Positions 38,263 through 48,428 of a stretch of DNA of 64,000 nt are shown here, piece after piece (position 1 is the stretch's first letter; each line of letters opens with the position of its first letter). The stretch lies in assembly GCF_963973895.1 (NCBI RefSeq), contig NZ_CAXBBF010000001.1; one strand, written 5' to 3'. The translations under genes and the position numbers were made by a program. The notes under the pieces are model-generated. The model made no database searches and was not told the origin of the DNA. It was given only the letters and a program-made list of their open reading frames with translations. This DNA comes from an uncultured Porticoccus sp. (lineage in GTDB: Bacteria > Pseudomonadota > Gammaproteobacteria > Pseudomonadales > Porticoccaceae).

Positions 38263-38821
38263 CCTGAATCCTTATTAGAAGCACTGTTGGTAAAATAATG
38301 TATAAAGACGACAGCTATAGCAGTAGTCAATACCGGAGAGCAGGCGTCTAATGGACAATAGAATAGGTCTGCAGCACTGGTCTGTACGGTTGTGCACGTA
38401 GCCCAGTGGGGCTGACAGGTAAACCTTCAATTGGATTGTTCGACTCATGCCTAAGCCCACTTGCAAGGCCACATATAGTTTAAGAAACCTCTGATTAATT
38501 GGTCATTGCGAGGGACATAGCGATGAAGCTATATCATTGACAAAATACACTCACTACGCCGGCCAACCAGGTGCCACTGGAGGAGGGGGCCTCCCCGGTT
38601 GTGTACAACGCCAGCAAGGCCTTGAGCGGCCATTTCAGTAGGGCCGGGGAGTGGGTCGATAATGTGTTCAATAACCACCAGATCAGCAGTGCCACTCTGC
38701 ACGCCAACTCCGCCTACATGATCCTGCCTGGTTTGACGACTATGGAACTGCGCACAACGAGAACGTGGGCAGAGGAGAAGGTTTTTCCTGACCCATTAAC
38801 TTCTTATCAAACCCCGGTCAA

Positions 38822-38846
38822 ATACTTGACTAAATTACTAGGATTT
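38822..38846 (+). promoter_or_regulatory. Candidate IscR/Rrf2 type-1-like box upstream of the iscR-suf operon
   Basis: ATACTTGACTAAATTACTAGGATTT matches the left half of ATASYYGACTRWWWYAGTCRRSTAT well and the right half only partly. It lies 45 bp upstream of the regulator start. Confidence 0.35.
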
Positions 38847-38890
38847 GAGACAGTGCAGGCTTAGGATTTAAATCGCTCCAGGAGGTTTCA

Positions 38891-39400
38891 TTGCGGGTAA
38901 CAAGTAAGGCACATTACGCTCTCCGGGCTTTACTGGATTTGGCTAACCATGAGCCGAGCCGTTCTGCAGTGAGCCTGGCTGCGATCGCCGAGCGGCAGGA
39001 TATTTCCCTTTCGTATCTGGAGCAACTATTTGCCGGGCTGCGAAGGGATGGGCTGGTGGTCGGCTTTCGGGGGCCCCGGGGCGGGTATCGCCTCGGAGGG
39101 CGGCCGGAAGACATCAGCGTGGCTCAGATCACCGCTGCCGTCAGCGAAAACATGGACACCACCCGCTGCCAGGGGGAAGGCAACTGCCAGCATGGAGCAA
39201 TCTGCCTGACGCATCATCTGTGGGAGGCCCTGAACGAGCATATACGTGGCTATCTGCAGGGCATTACCCTAGCCGATGTCATGGCTCGCGTAACTGAATC
39301 CGACGGCAGTTCCCGGTCCGGTCAGGAAGAAAGGATCGAGGCCGTTGAGCAATTGCAGGGTTCGGTATCAGCATTTAGAGAACAGACAGAGAGTAACTAA
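38891..39400 (+). CDS. iscR: Rrf2-family Fe-S-sensing transcriptional regulator (IscR-like)
   Basis: 169 aa with a TTG start 5 nt after AGGAGG, a winged-helix N-terminus and cluster ligands in [19 protein letters not shown]. Confidence 0.8.
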   Translation: MRVTSKAHYALRALLDLANHEPSRSAVSLAAIAERQDISLSYLEQLFAGLRRDGLVVGFRGPRGGYRLGGRPEDISVAQITAAVSENMDTTRCQGEGNCQHGAICLTHHLWEALNEHIRGYLQGITLADVMARVTESDGSSRSGQEERIEAVEQLQGSVSAFREQTESN

Positions 39401-39404
39401 CATC

Positions 39405-40841
39405 ATGTCGGAACAGATCAATGATCTTATCAAAAGCCACTATGCGGCCGGCTTCGTTACCGATATAGAATCGGATACCCTGCCAGCAGGGTTGAGCGAG
39501 GACGTTATTCGCTTCATTTCGGCCAAGAAAAATGAGCCGGAATGGATGCTGGAGTGGCGCCTCAAGGCGTACCACGCATGGCTGGAAATGGTGGAGCCCC
39601 ACTGGGCGCATGTGAGCTATCCGGACATCGACTTCAATGCCATGTCCTACTTCTCTGCGCCCAAGCGTGATGAAGACCGGCCCCAGAGCCTGGACGAGGT
39701 GGACCCGAAGTTGCGCGAGACCTACGACAAGCTGGGCATTCCCCTGCATGAGCAGGAAATGCTCGCCGGCGTAGCCGTGGATGCCGTGTTTGACTCGGTG
39801 TCAGTGGGTACCACTTTCCGCAAGAAGTTGTATGAAGCCGGAGTGATCTTCTGTTCCATTAGCGAGGCCCTGCAGGACTACCCTGAGCTGGTGCGTCAGC
39901 ACCTGGGCACAGTGGTGCCACAGAAGGACAACTTCTATGCAGCGCTGAACAGCGCGGTCTTCAGTGACGGCTCCTTCGTCTATATCCCCAAGGGCGTGAA
40001 GTGCCCAATGGAGCTGTCTACCTATTTCCGTATCAATGAGGCCAAGACGGGCCAGTTCGAGCGCACCCTGATCGTGGCTGACGAAGGCAGCGAAGTCAGC
40101 TACCTGGAGGGCTGCACAGCACCCATGCGGGACGAAAACCAGCTGCACGCCGCAGTGGTGGAGCTGGTGGCCCTGGACAACGCAAAAATAAAATATTCTA
40201 CGGTACAGAACTGGTATCCCGGCGACGAGGAAGGCAAGGGCGGTATTTATAACTTCGTTACCAAGCGAGGTGTGGCGCATACTAATGCCCACATTTCTTG
40301 GACGCAGGTGGAAACCGGTTCCGCCATCACCATGAAATACCCCAGTTGTGTACTCAAGGGCGACAACAGCATCGGTGAATTCTATTCGGTGGCGCTGAGC
40401 AGCAATTTCCAACAGGCGGATACCGGTACCAAGATGATCCATCTGGGCAAGAACACCCGCTCGACGATCATCTCCAAGGGTATTGCCGCCGGGCACGGTT
40501 CCAACACGTATCGTGGTTTGGTACGGATGAACCCGGGTGCCACCGGTGCCCGCAACTACACGCGCTGCGACTCGCTGCTGATCGGCGACCAGTGTGGTGC
40601 GCACACGTTCCCTTATATTGAAAGTAAAAATCCTACCGCCATCATTGAGCACGAGGCCTCCACCTCCAAAGTCAGCGATGAACAGCTGTTCCTGTGCCGT
40701 CAACGCGGCATCGGCGAGGAAAAAGCGGTCTCCATGATCGTCAACGGTTTCTGCAAGGAAGTGTTCAGGGAGTTGCCCATGGAGTTTGCGGTGGAAGCCG
40801 GCAAGCTGCTGGAAGTTAGTCTCGAAGGCGCCGTCGGTTAA
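39405..40841 (+). CDS. sufB: Fe-S cluster assembly scaffold SufB
   Basis: Track ORF trimmed to [10 protein letters not shown] (478 aa). The earlier start would overlap iscR. Confidence 0.93.
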   Translation: MSEQINDLIKSHYAAGFVTDIESDTLPAGLSEDVIRFISAKKNEPEWMLEWRLKAYHAWLEMVEPHWAHVSYPDIDFNAMSYFSAPKRDEDRPQSLDEVDPKLRETYDKLGIPLHEQEMLAGVAVDAVFDSVSVGTTFRKKLYEAGVIFCSISEALQDYPELVRQHLGTVVPQKDNFYAALNSAVFSDGSFVYIPKGVKCPMELSTYFRINEAKTGQFERTLIVADEGSEVSYLEGCTAPMRDENQLHAAVVELVALDNAKIKYSTVQNWYPGDEEGKGGIYNFVTKRGVAHTNAHISWTQVETGSAITMKYPSCVLKGDNSIGEFYSVALSSNFQQADTGTKMIHLGKNTRSTIISKGIAAGHGSNTYRGLVRMNPGATGARNYTRCDSLLIGDQCGAHTFPYIESKNPTAIIEHEASTSKVSDEQLFLCRQRGIGEEKAVSMIVNGFCKEVFRELPMEFAVEAGKLLEVSLEGAVG

Positions 40842-40883
40842 TGGTCGGTCTCAAAGAATTTATACAGGAGAGTTAGAGTAGCG

Positions 40884-41633
40884 ATGTTATCTATCAAGAA
40901 TCTGCACGCCACCGTCGAGGGCAAGGAAATCCTGCGTGGTCTCGACTTGGAAATCGGGACAGGCGAAGTACATGCCATTATGGGGCCCAACGGCTCGGGC
41001 AAGAGTACCCTCGGTCACGTGCTGACCGGTCGTGAAGGCTATGAGGTCACCACCGGTGAAGTCACTTTTATGGGGCAGGACCTGCTGGCCCTGGCACCTG
41101 AAGAGCGAGCCCTGACTGGCCTGTTCCTGGCTTTTCAGTACCCGGTGGAGATTCCCGGTGTCAGCAACATGGAGTTTCTCAAAACCGCCGTGGATGGGAT
41201 GCGCAAGCATCGTGGCCTGGAGGTGCTGGATTCCGTGAGCTTCATGAAACAGGCGCGTGAGGTCTGCAAGCGCGTCGACCTGGACCAGAATTTTCTCAAA
41301 CGCGGCGTCAATGAGGGCTTTTCCGGCGGCGAGAAAAAGCGCAATGAGCTGATGCAGATGATGCTGCTGGAACCGCATTTGGGTATCCTCGATGAAACCG
41401 ACTCGGGCCTGGATATCGATGCACTGCAGGTGGTGGCCTCTGGTATCAACAGTATGCGCGACAGCAAGCGCTCCTTTATATTGATCACCCACTACCAGCG
41501 TCTGCTTGATTTCATTGAGCCGGACCATGTTCACGTGTTGGGGGGTGGGCGTATCGTCCGTTCCGGTGACAAGTCACTGGCTCTGGAACTGGAAGATAAA
41601 GGCTACGGCTGGCTGGAAAGCGAGGCCGTGTAA
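40884..41633 (+). CDS. sufC: Fe-S cluster assembly ATPase SufC
   Basis: 249 aa with Walker A GPNGSGKST and SufC-type size and context. Confidence 0.95.
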   Translation: MLSIKNLHATVEGKEILRGLDLEIGTGEVHAIMGPNGSGKSTLGHVLTGREGYEVTTGEVTFMGQDLLALAPEERALTGLFLAFQYPVEIPGVSNMEFLKTAVDGMRKHRGLEVLDSVSFMKQAREVCKRVDLDQNFLKRGVNEGFSGGEKKRNELMQMMLLEPHLGILDETDSGLDIDALQVVASGINSMRDSKRSFILITHYQRLLDFIEPDHVHVLGGGRIVRSGDKSLALELEDKGYGWLESEAV

Positions 41634-42955
41634 TGAGTGATTTTATCGCCGAAGCCCTGCAAATGGTCCCCACCGACGCGCCAGACTGGCTCAGTGAGCA
41701 ACGTCGCAGGGGCTGGTCAAGCTGGAAATCCAGCAGCATGCCTACGCGCAAGACCGAGGACTGGAAATATACCCGGCTACGGGCCCTGGAAGAGGGCGCC
41801 TATCTGGGTCGGGCCGAATGCCAGGACCCATCGCCAGCGCTGACGGCCCTGCGTGATCAGATGCACATCACCGGGTTGGACGCCCGCATGCTGGTGTTTG
41901 TGAACGGATTCTACAGTCCCGAACTGTCCAGTGCGGAAGTCGTGGACAGCATGGAGGTCGTGCTCTTCAGCGAGGCCGATGAGACACAGGTGGAAACCAT
42001 ACGTACCCACTTGGGCACGGTCGCCGACCGCGACAAATACATGTTCACAGCCCTCAACGATAGCTGGCTCGATGATGGCGTATTCGTGCACGTAAAACAG
42101 GACAGCAAGGTCACGACGCCGCTACACATCGTCTGGTTGACGGTGCCTCAGCATGAAGCCTTCAGCCTGTCCCAGAGGCTGCTGGTTGTCATGGAAGCTG
42201 GCAGCGAGGCTACGGTGGTGGAACACTTCGCCTGTAATGAAGCCCAGCAGAACAGTTTTACCAACGGTGTCAGCGAACTGGTATTGGCCGCCAATGCCCG
42301 ACTCTGCCACTACCGGCTGCATCTGGAAGAGGAGCACGCACTGCATATCGGCGGTGTACATGCCTGGCTCGATCGTGACGCCAGACTCAACAGCTTCCAT
42401 CTGGGGTTGGGCTCAATACTCAAACGTCTGGATGTGGTGGTGCGCCATGAAGGTGAAGGTGCCCACTGTGACCTCAATGGCATCTATCTGCCACGGCACA
42501 GTCAGCATATCGACTACCACACCTGTATAGAGCATGTCAGACCGCACTGCACGACCAAAGAGGTTTTCCGGGGTATCATCAGCGATAATGCGCGGGCGGT
42601 ATTCAACGGGCGTATCCATATTCATCCGGATGCCCAGAAGACAGTGGCGGAACTGCGCAACAAGAATCTGCTGACCAGCAACAAGGCCGAGGTAGACACC
42701 AAGCCGGAACTGGAGATCTATGCGGACGATGTCAAGTGTGCCCATGGGGCCACGGTCGCACAGCTCGATGAATATGCGCTCTATTATCTGTGTAGCCGCG
42801 GCATCGCCAGAGAGCATGCGCAAGTGATGCTCAGCACCGGTTTCATCAACGAACTCATCAACAACCTGCAGCACCCCTCTTTGGGCGAGTACCTTAAGCC
42901 CGTGCTGGGCGGTCTGTTTGCGCGGCAGGTGACACAGACAGAGAGGGCAGAATAG
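41633..42955 (+). CDS. sufD: Fe-S cluster assembly protein SufD
   Basis: 440 aa, a SufB paralogue positioned after sufC with a 1-nt overlap. Confidence 0.9.
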   Translation: MSDFIAEALQMVPTDAPDWLSEQRRRGWSSWKSSSMPTRKTEDWKYTRLRALEEGAYLGRAECQDPSPALTALRDQMHITGLDARMLVFVNGFYSPELSSAEVVDSMEVVLFSEADETQVETIRTHLGTVADRDKYMFTALNDSWLDDGVFVHVKQDSKVTTPLHIVWLTVPQHEAFSLSQRLLVVMEAGSEATVVEHFACNEAQQNSFTNGVSELVLAANARLCHYRLHLEEEHALHIGGVHAWLDRDARLNSFHLGLGSILKRLDVVVRHEGEGAHCDLNGIYLPRHSQHIDYHTCIEHVRPHCTTKEVFRGIISDNARAVFNGRIHIHPDAQKTVAELRNKNLLTSNKAEVDTKPELEIYADDVKCAHGATVAQLDEYALYYLCSRGIAREHAQVMLSTGFINELINNLQHPSLGEYLKPVLGGLFARQVTQTERAE

Positions 42956-42959
42956 GCGC

Positions 42960-44210
42960 ATGGAAACACTGGCAAAAAACATCAGACAGCAAGCTTTCGA
43001 TGTGGAGGCTGTGCGCCGCGATTTCCCGATCCTGCAACAGCAGGTCAACGGATATCCACTGGTGTACCTGGATAATGCCGCCACGTCACAGAAACCCAAT
43101 GCCATGATCGACGCCATCAGTGATTATTACCGTGGCTACAATGCCAACGTGCATCGCGGCATCCACAGTCTGGCGGAAAAGGCCACGGCCGCGATAGAAA
43201 ATGCGCGTCAATCCCTGGCGGGTTTCATCAATAGTCCCGCTCCTGAACAGGTGCTCTGGACCCGTGGCACCACAGAGGCCATCAATCTTGTGGCTTACAG
43301 CTGGGGCCGTAGCAATCTGAAGCCGGGCGACCGGGTACTGGTCCCGATACTGGAACATCATTCCAGCATCGTGCCCTGGCAGATGGCGACTGAATCCACT
43401 GGTGCCGAAGTGGTGCCGATTCCGGTAACTCCAAGCGGCGAGATTGACATGGCGGCGCTGGATGCGCTGCTCGATGAACGCGTGAAGATGGTGGCTGTCA
43501 GTCACATATCCAATGCCTTGGGGACAGTGAACCCGGTGTCAGACATTGTCGCGAGAGCTCATCGGGTGGGGGCAAAAGTCCTGATTGACGGAGCTCAGGC
43601 GGTAGCGCATACCCCTGTTGATGTGCAGGCACTGAATTGCGATTTCTATGCTTTTTCGGGGCACAAGATGTTCGGCCCCACCGGTATCGGTGTGCTCTGG
43701 GGGCGTAGGGAACTGCTGGAAGCCATGCCGCCCTGGCAGGGTGGCGGCGAAATGATAGAACAGGTCAGTTTCGCCGGCACCACCTATCAGGGATTGCCAT
43801 ATCGCTTTGAGGCCGGGACACCGGACATCGCTGGTGCCATCGGGCTAGCCGCAGCGGTAGACTACCTGCAGCGCCTGGACCGTGTGGCAGTGGCCGCACA
43901 CGAGGCCGATGTGCTCGAATATGCCCTGGCGCAGGGGGCAGCCTTTGATGGGCTGACCCGCGTTGGCGAGGCCGATCATGTGGCTGGCGTGTTCAGCTTT
44001 CTGCTGGACGGTGTTCCGCCCTCCGATGTCGGCATGTTGCTGGATCAGCAGGGCATTGCCGTTCGCACCGGCCATCACTGCGCCCAGCCGATCATGGCAC
44101 AATATGGCATACCCGGCACGGTCAGGGCCTCGTTCGCCCTGTACAATACTCGCGCAGAAGTCGACCGTCTGTTCGAGGGACTCGCCAAGGCGCGACGGAT
44201 GCTGCGGTAA
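42960..44210 (+). CDS. sufS: Cysteine desulfurase SufS (class V aminotransferase, group II)
   Basis: 416 aa with the PLP lysine in SGHKMFGPTGIG and the catalytic Cys in RTGHHCAQP. Confidence 0.93.
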   Translation: METLAKNIRQQAFDVEAVRRDFPILQQQVNGYPLVYLDNAATSQKPNAMIDAISDYYRGYNANVHRGIHSLAEKATAAIENARQSLAGFINSPAPEQVLWTRGTTEAINLVAYSWGRSNLKPGDRVLVPILEHHSSIVPWQMATESTGAEVVPIPVTPSGEIDMAALDALLDERVKMVAVSHISNALGTVNPVSDIVARAHRVGAKVLIDGAQAVAHTPVDVQALNCDFYAFSGHKMFGPTGIGVLWGRRELLEAMPPWQGGGEMIEQVSFAGTTYQGLPYRFEAGTPDIAGAIGLAAAVDYLQRLDRVAVAAHEADVLEYALAQGAAFDGLTRVGEADHVAGVFSFLLDGVPPSDVGMLLDQQGIAVRTGHHCAQPIMAQYGIPGTVRASFALYNTRAEVDRLFEGLAKARRMLR

Positions 44211-44278
44211 CAAAATTTCATACGGTGAGCGGCACCGTATCCATTCAGGATAAAATTGCCGCAGGAAGGTAAAGCATT

Positions 44279-44644
44279 ATGAGTGTAGAGAAATTTGATC
44301 TGACCCAGACCATTACCATTACGCCGGCTGCCGCGTCCCATTTTCGCGAACAACTGCAGCGTAATGGCGGTGCCGGTGTGCGCATCGGGTTGAAGAAAAG
44401 CGGCTGCACTGGCTTCAAGTATGTTATCGAGGAAGTGCCTGCTCCGGAGGAAAACGATGTAACCCTGACGCTGGATAATGGCGTGGCCATTTATTTCAGT
44501 CGTGAAGGTGCCATTGCCCTGCGCGGTATGGAAATTGACTATACCCGCGAGGGCGTCAATCAGACACTGAAGATAGAAAACCCCAATGTCACCGACATGT
44601 GTGGCTGCGGCGAGAGCTTTGACCTCAAGATAGAGAACGAATGA
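44279..44644 (+). CDS. sufA: A-type Fe-S carrier (SufA/IscA/HesB family)
   Basis: 121 aa with Cys ligands SGCTGF and the C-terminal CGCGESF. Confidence 0.85.
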   Translation: MSVEKFDLTQTITITPAAASHFREQLQRNGGAGVRIGLKKSGCTGFKYVIEEVPAPEENDVTLTLDNGVAIYFSREGAIALRGMEIDYTREGVNQTLKIENPNVTDMCGCGESFDLKIENE

Positions 44645-45180
44645 GTCAGGAACGCAGTATCATCAATGTTGCACGTGACTGCCCGGGGCGACTAGTGCCG
44701 GTGGGTGATCCCGTGACAATTCCGGCCGGATCTTTCGTCACCATCGTGCAGTCCCTCGGCGGCAACTATACCGTTGTGCATCAGGGCAATATGGTACGGG
44801 TGGATGGCGTGGACGCCGATGCACTGGGGCAGAAAAAACTGGAGTTGAATTTTACTGATCCCGGCGATGGCCGCATCGATGAAGACCAGGTCTGGCAGGC
44901 GCTGGAGACCGTCTACGACCCGGAAATCCCCGTCAATCTGCGCAGCCTGGGGCTGATCTACCATCTGGATATTGATCAGGGCAGCGGCAGGGTGGATATC
45001 CAGATGACCTTGACGGCCCCGGGTTGTGGCATGGGCCCGGTACTGGTGGGCGATGTGGAGCAACGGGTGAAGCAGGTGCCGAACGTAAAGAGTGCTCATG
45101 TGGAGCTGGTCTTCGATCCACCCTGGAGCCGGGAGATGATGTCCGAAGAGGCGCAGCTCGAAACCGGCATGTTTTTCTAG
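44641..45180 (+). CDS. sufT: DUF59/SufT-type Fe-S assembly protein
   Basis: 179 aa with a DUF59 core (VYDPEIPVNL...TLTAPGCGMG). It overlaps the sufA stop. Confidence 0.75.
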   Translation: MSQERSIINVARDCPGRLVPVGDPVTIPAGSFVTIVQSLGGNYTVVHQGNMVRVDGVDADALGQKKLELNFTDPGDGRIDEDQVWQALETVYDPEIPVNLRSLGLIYHLDIDQGSGRVDIQMTLTAPGCGMGPVLVGDVEQRVKQVPNVKSAHVELVFDPPWSREMMSEEAQLETGMFF

Positions 45181-45201
45181 TTACCGGAAACCCCATCCAT
45201 C

Positions 45202-45651
45202 ATGACGGCAACCCAGAACAGTACCGGCAATCCCTTTGGGAATACCATCAGCGCCGAGGACATCAAGGAGACACTGGCCTTCTTCGACACCTGGGAAGAG
45301 CGCTACCAGTACATCATCGATCTGGGCAAGGAACTGCCTCCCATGGATGATGAACTGAAAACCGATGAGCGGCTCGTGCGTGGTTGCCAGAGCCAGGTCT
45401 GGCTTAACACCCTGCAGGAAAATGACCATCTGTATTTCGAGGTGGACAGTGATGCCTTCATCGTCAAAGGCCTGTTGGGCATTATCCTTGCCGCCTACAA
45501 TGGCAAAACCATCCAGGACATACTCGATTTCGACATCGAGGGCTACTTCGAAACTCTTGACTTGATACGCCACCTCAGCGCCACCCGCGGCAACGGCTTG
45601 CGTGCGCTGGTCCAGAGTATCCAATCCGCAGCCCGTCAATCGAAAGGGTAA
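45202..45651 (+). CDS. sufE: Cysteine desulfuration (sulfur acceptor) protein SufE
   Basis: 149 aa with the active-site Cys in RGCQSQVWL. Confidence 0.88.
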   Translation: MTATQNSTGNPFGNTISAEDIKETLAFFDTWEERYQYIIDLGKELPPMDDELKTDERLVRGCQSQVWLNTLQENDHLYFEVDSDAFIVKGLLGIILAAYNGKTIQDILDFDIEGYFETLDLIRHLSATRGNGLRALVQSIQSAARQSKG

Positions 45652-45766
45652 TCAAGAAAATCAAAGTTACCTGATAATAAAATAATCGATTAACTCTGCC
45701 CCCCAGCACTGATAAATGATCTGTAGTAATTCAGACTTGATCTAACAGATACCGACTCTCCAATAC

Positions 45767-45783
45767 GGCGGCATGGTGCCGCC
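45767..45783 (+). terminator. Possible suf operon terminator hairpin
   Basis: GGCGGCA-TGG-TGCCGCC, a 7-bp stem with a weak U tract (TGTTCAACTT), 115 nt after sufE. Confidence 0.3.
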
Positions 45784-46157
45784 TGTTCAACTTGCAATTA
45801 TTCAAGCTAGGGTATTTTCGAGCATTGCGCGGTTGCGAATAAAGAACGAGGTGCTATTCAAAGCCACACTCAGCGAGCTTGAAGTAATCGTCAGGCGGCG
45901 CGTATAAGCCTTGAGGCCGACATGACATTATTTTAGTCGTGCTCATGAGTAGGATTCTCAACCGTAAAAGGCATCAATCATGAATACATTGCCGTTGGCC
46001 GTAAGCGCCATCCTGTTGTTATTGTTTGCACCAGTACTATCGATGCTGTGAAAACGTCAATGGTTATTGATGGTATACGTCTGAGTGCGTAATCCCTCCA
46101 ATTTACTATCGCTGTTGCGTATACTGGCTCGACCAGTGTTCCAGGGGCAGTCCGGAG

Positions 46158-47408
46158 ATGCAGATCACCACAATCACACCGGTTCACTATCCGCTGTCGG
46201 TCAGGGCAGGAGTGAACGAATTCTCCGCTGCCTATGGCGAACTTGTGCAGCGTATAACCGCACTGGGAGACGGGCAGGTATTGCACGCTCCGGACTGGCA
46301 TTGCCCCGCAGAGGTGGGCGACCAGGCGGATCGGCCCGGGTCCACTGCCTATTCGGATATCACCCGTGACGACCGCGATATACGGCTGGGTTACTGGCGG
46401 GGTCGAACTGTCGACGGCTTTGAACTGACATTGCACTGCTTCAACAGCGAGCTGGCTGTGGTGGAACTGGTATTGGAGCCGGCGCCCGATATTGCCGCCC
46501 ATGCACTGAAAGAGTGGGCCGAAGAGCAAACCAAACTCGCCATAAGTCAATTTGCCAACCGGGAATTTGCCCGCATTATGGCTGCTCTGCGCGAGGCAAA
46601 TATTGACAACCTGCAATTGCGCGAAGAATGCAGCGGTCTGAAGTGTCTCTGGGTCGGCAGTATACTCAACCTGTCGTCAGAGGACGTGCAGCGCAAAGAC
46701 ACCCAGATTCTGCTCCATCAATGGCTGGATGCGACCATTCGGCCCGAAGATGCCGATGACATAATCAATGGTCGGCTGCGCCATTCGTTGCGCTGGCTGA
46801 ATTATGTGATAGTCGCACAGGCGCACCAGACAGATCGCCAGAAAGTCGAAGCGATGATTCTGGCCCAGTATTTTTATGCGGTACAACACTACATCAACCG
46901 CGATCTTCTCGCGGATATTTCCGATGTCTTTCTCGAGAAGAACCTGAAAACCAGCGAGCTGAAACTGCAACGGGTCAGAGGCCGCACGCAGCTTCACATT
47001 ACGACCTATTACGAAGCACGCAATCACCTGGTGCGCGCAAAAAAACACTGGATGGAGGAGATACTGCAGGCCTGGGATTTCGATGACCTGCTGGAAAATG
47101 CGCAGCGGATGGTGGATGTCTGTTCGACCCGTATCAACGAAATCAATAATAAAAAGCGCTCCCTGGCCTCGATTCTTACCGACAGCCTGCTGGCGCTGAT
47201 TGGTCTGTTTGCCATACTCGATCTCGCGCTTCAATTTGTTACCTACAGCCGGGAGATGGTGACTTCACCAACACTGAATTACTACGACGAGCGTACGTCG
47301 GGGCTGCTCAGCGTACTGGCGACCTGGAATATCGATCTTTTCATGGGAATTAATTTGCTGATTGTGGTTTTGCTGGGAGCGTTGTATGCGGTTCTCAAAC
47401 TGCGTTAA
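46158..47408 (+). CDS. Hypothetical protein, large cytoplasmic helical domain plus two C-terminal TM helices (CorA-like topology, no GMN motif)
   Basis: 416 aa with TM helices LTDSLLALIGLFAILDLALQF and LFMGINLLIVVLLGALYAVL. I recognise no family. Confidence 0.6.
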   Translation: MQITTITPVHYPLSVRAGVNEFSAAYGELVQRITALGDGQVLHAPDWHCPAEVGDQADRPGSTAYSDITRDDRDIRLGYWRGRTVDGFELTLHCFNSELAVVELVLEPAPDIAAHALKEWAEEQTKLAISQFANREFARIMAALREANIDNLQLREECSGLKCLWVGSILNLSSEDVQRKDTQILLHQWLDATIRPEDADDIINGRLRHSLRWLNYVIVAQAHQTDRQKVEAMILAQYFYAVQHYINRDLLADISDVFLEKNLKTSELKLQRVRGRTQLHITTYYEARNHLVRAKKHWMEEILQAWDFDDLLENAQRMVDVCSTRINEINNKKRSLASILTDSLLALIGLFAILDLALQFVTYSREMVTSPTLNYYDERTSGLLSVLATWNIDLFMGINLLIVVLLGALYAVLKLR

Positions 47409-48426
47409 CGCTGCACTGTTATGTTCTCTGCTGCTGTCGGGTGTTGTTGCCGCCGGGCCTTTCACCGCAGTGGAGGTTTACACAGACTCATGGCCGCCAT
47501 ACGTGAACCGGGCGCCAGACAAGGAGCCCGGGGCCATCACACGTATTGTCGAGCTTGCCCTGCGCAATATGCGACTCGATCCGCAGTGGCAATATGTGGA
47601 TTTTTCGCTGGCCTACGAAATGGTCAACAATAACGAAATCCGCCTGTCATTTCCGTATTTCGAAACGGCTCGCCGCAAGCAACTCTATCCCGATGTGCGC
47701 TTTTCTGCACCCCTGATGACAGTGGACAATGTGCTCTATTACAGCCGAGAGCACCGGGATTTTTCCTCACCGCCGGATTCTATCGGCGATCTTCGACTCG
47801 GTCGCGTGGCCGAGTATGCCTACGGTGAGAAATTCGAGGCATGGCTGGTCGGTGCCACGGAGTATCAGTCGGAAGTGCTCGCCCTGCGCGCTTTGTTCAA
47901 CGGTGATATTGATCTGTTGCCCATGACCAGGCTCGTAGGGCAGGCATTGGTCCTGGAGCATTTCCCCTGGCAATACCGTTCCTTTCGCCATATCCCCGGC
48001 GAGGACTATCTGTCACAGGATACGGTTCATCTGGTGACCCACGACGATCCGCAGGGGGAGGCATTTATCAAGGCGTTCGATGAGGCACTGGAAAAGCTGG
48101 CAGGGGTGAACAAGCAGGACGAGGTGCAGGAAACCTCGCTGGATGCCGGGCGCAGTACTGGCTATGTGCGTCTGGTAGTGGGGGAGGGACATCCTGTGAT
48201 CATCGGACAGACTCAGCGGCAGGGAGAGCATCCCGACAACCGCTACGTCATGATTCCGCCCGGCAGCCGCGGGCTGGTGCTGGATTGGAGTGATGCAGTA
48301 TTTAAAGAGTTCAACTCCCCCAAACTATACGCTGCCATGGTGGCATTATCAAAAATCCGCATCGTCGATGGTCCTCACGTTGGTCGGGAGTTCTACGTCA
48401 AGAACCTGCACATCGAAATTGAATAG
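47386..48426 (+). CDS. Periplasmic type-2 binding-protein-fold protein with an extra C-terminal ~100-aa domain
   Basis: Trimmed to MRFSNCVNAALLCSLLLSGVVAAGP (signal peptide). The N-terminal ~230 aa resemble family-3 solute-binding proteins (VYTDSWPPYV). The C-terminal domain is unassigned. The gene overlaps the upstream gene. Confidence 0.6.
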   Translation: MRFSNCVNAALLCSLLLSGVVAAGPFTAVEVYTDSWPPYVNRAPDKEPGAITRIVELALRNMRLDPQWQYVDFSLAYEMVNNNEIRLSFPYFETARRKQLYPDVRFSAPLMTVDNVLYYSREHRDFSSPPDSIGDLRLGRVAEYAYGEKFEAWLVGATEYQSEVLALRALFNGDIDLLPMTRLVGQALVLEHFPWQYRSFRHIPGEDYLSQDTVHLVTHDDPQGEAFIKAFDEALEKLAGVNKQDEVQETSLDAGRSTGYVRLVVGEGHPVIIGQTQRQGEHPDNRYVMIPPGSRGLVLDWSDAVFKEFNSPKLYAAMVALSKIRIVDGPHVGREFYVKNLHIEIE

Positions 48427-48428
48427 TT

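Noticed and set aside
38480-38560. Possible Fur box (TGATTAATTGGTCATTGC) upstream of iscR-suf.
   Set aside because: Aligning it to GATAATGATAATCATTATC gives too few matches outside the TCATT core.
38263-38570. Looked for a c-di-GMP or other riboswitch in the long 5' region of the PEP-CTERM gene.
   Set aside because: I found only short local hairpins (for example AGCCC-CACT-GGGCT) and none of the conserved GEMM-type strings I remember. This cannot be excluded without a covariance-model scan.
38571-38864. 97-aa GTG-initiated ORF upstream of the iscR-like gene.
   Set aside because: It has no recognisable family, no RBS and an unusual start. It also runs through the putative promoter and IscR-box region, so it is probably non-coding.
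39801-40703. 300-aa ORF on the minus strand.
   Set aside because: It is antisense to sufB and has no recognisable family. It is a shadow ORF.
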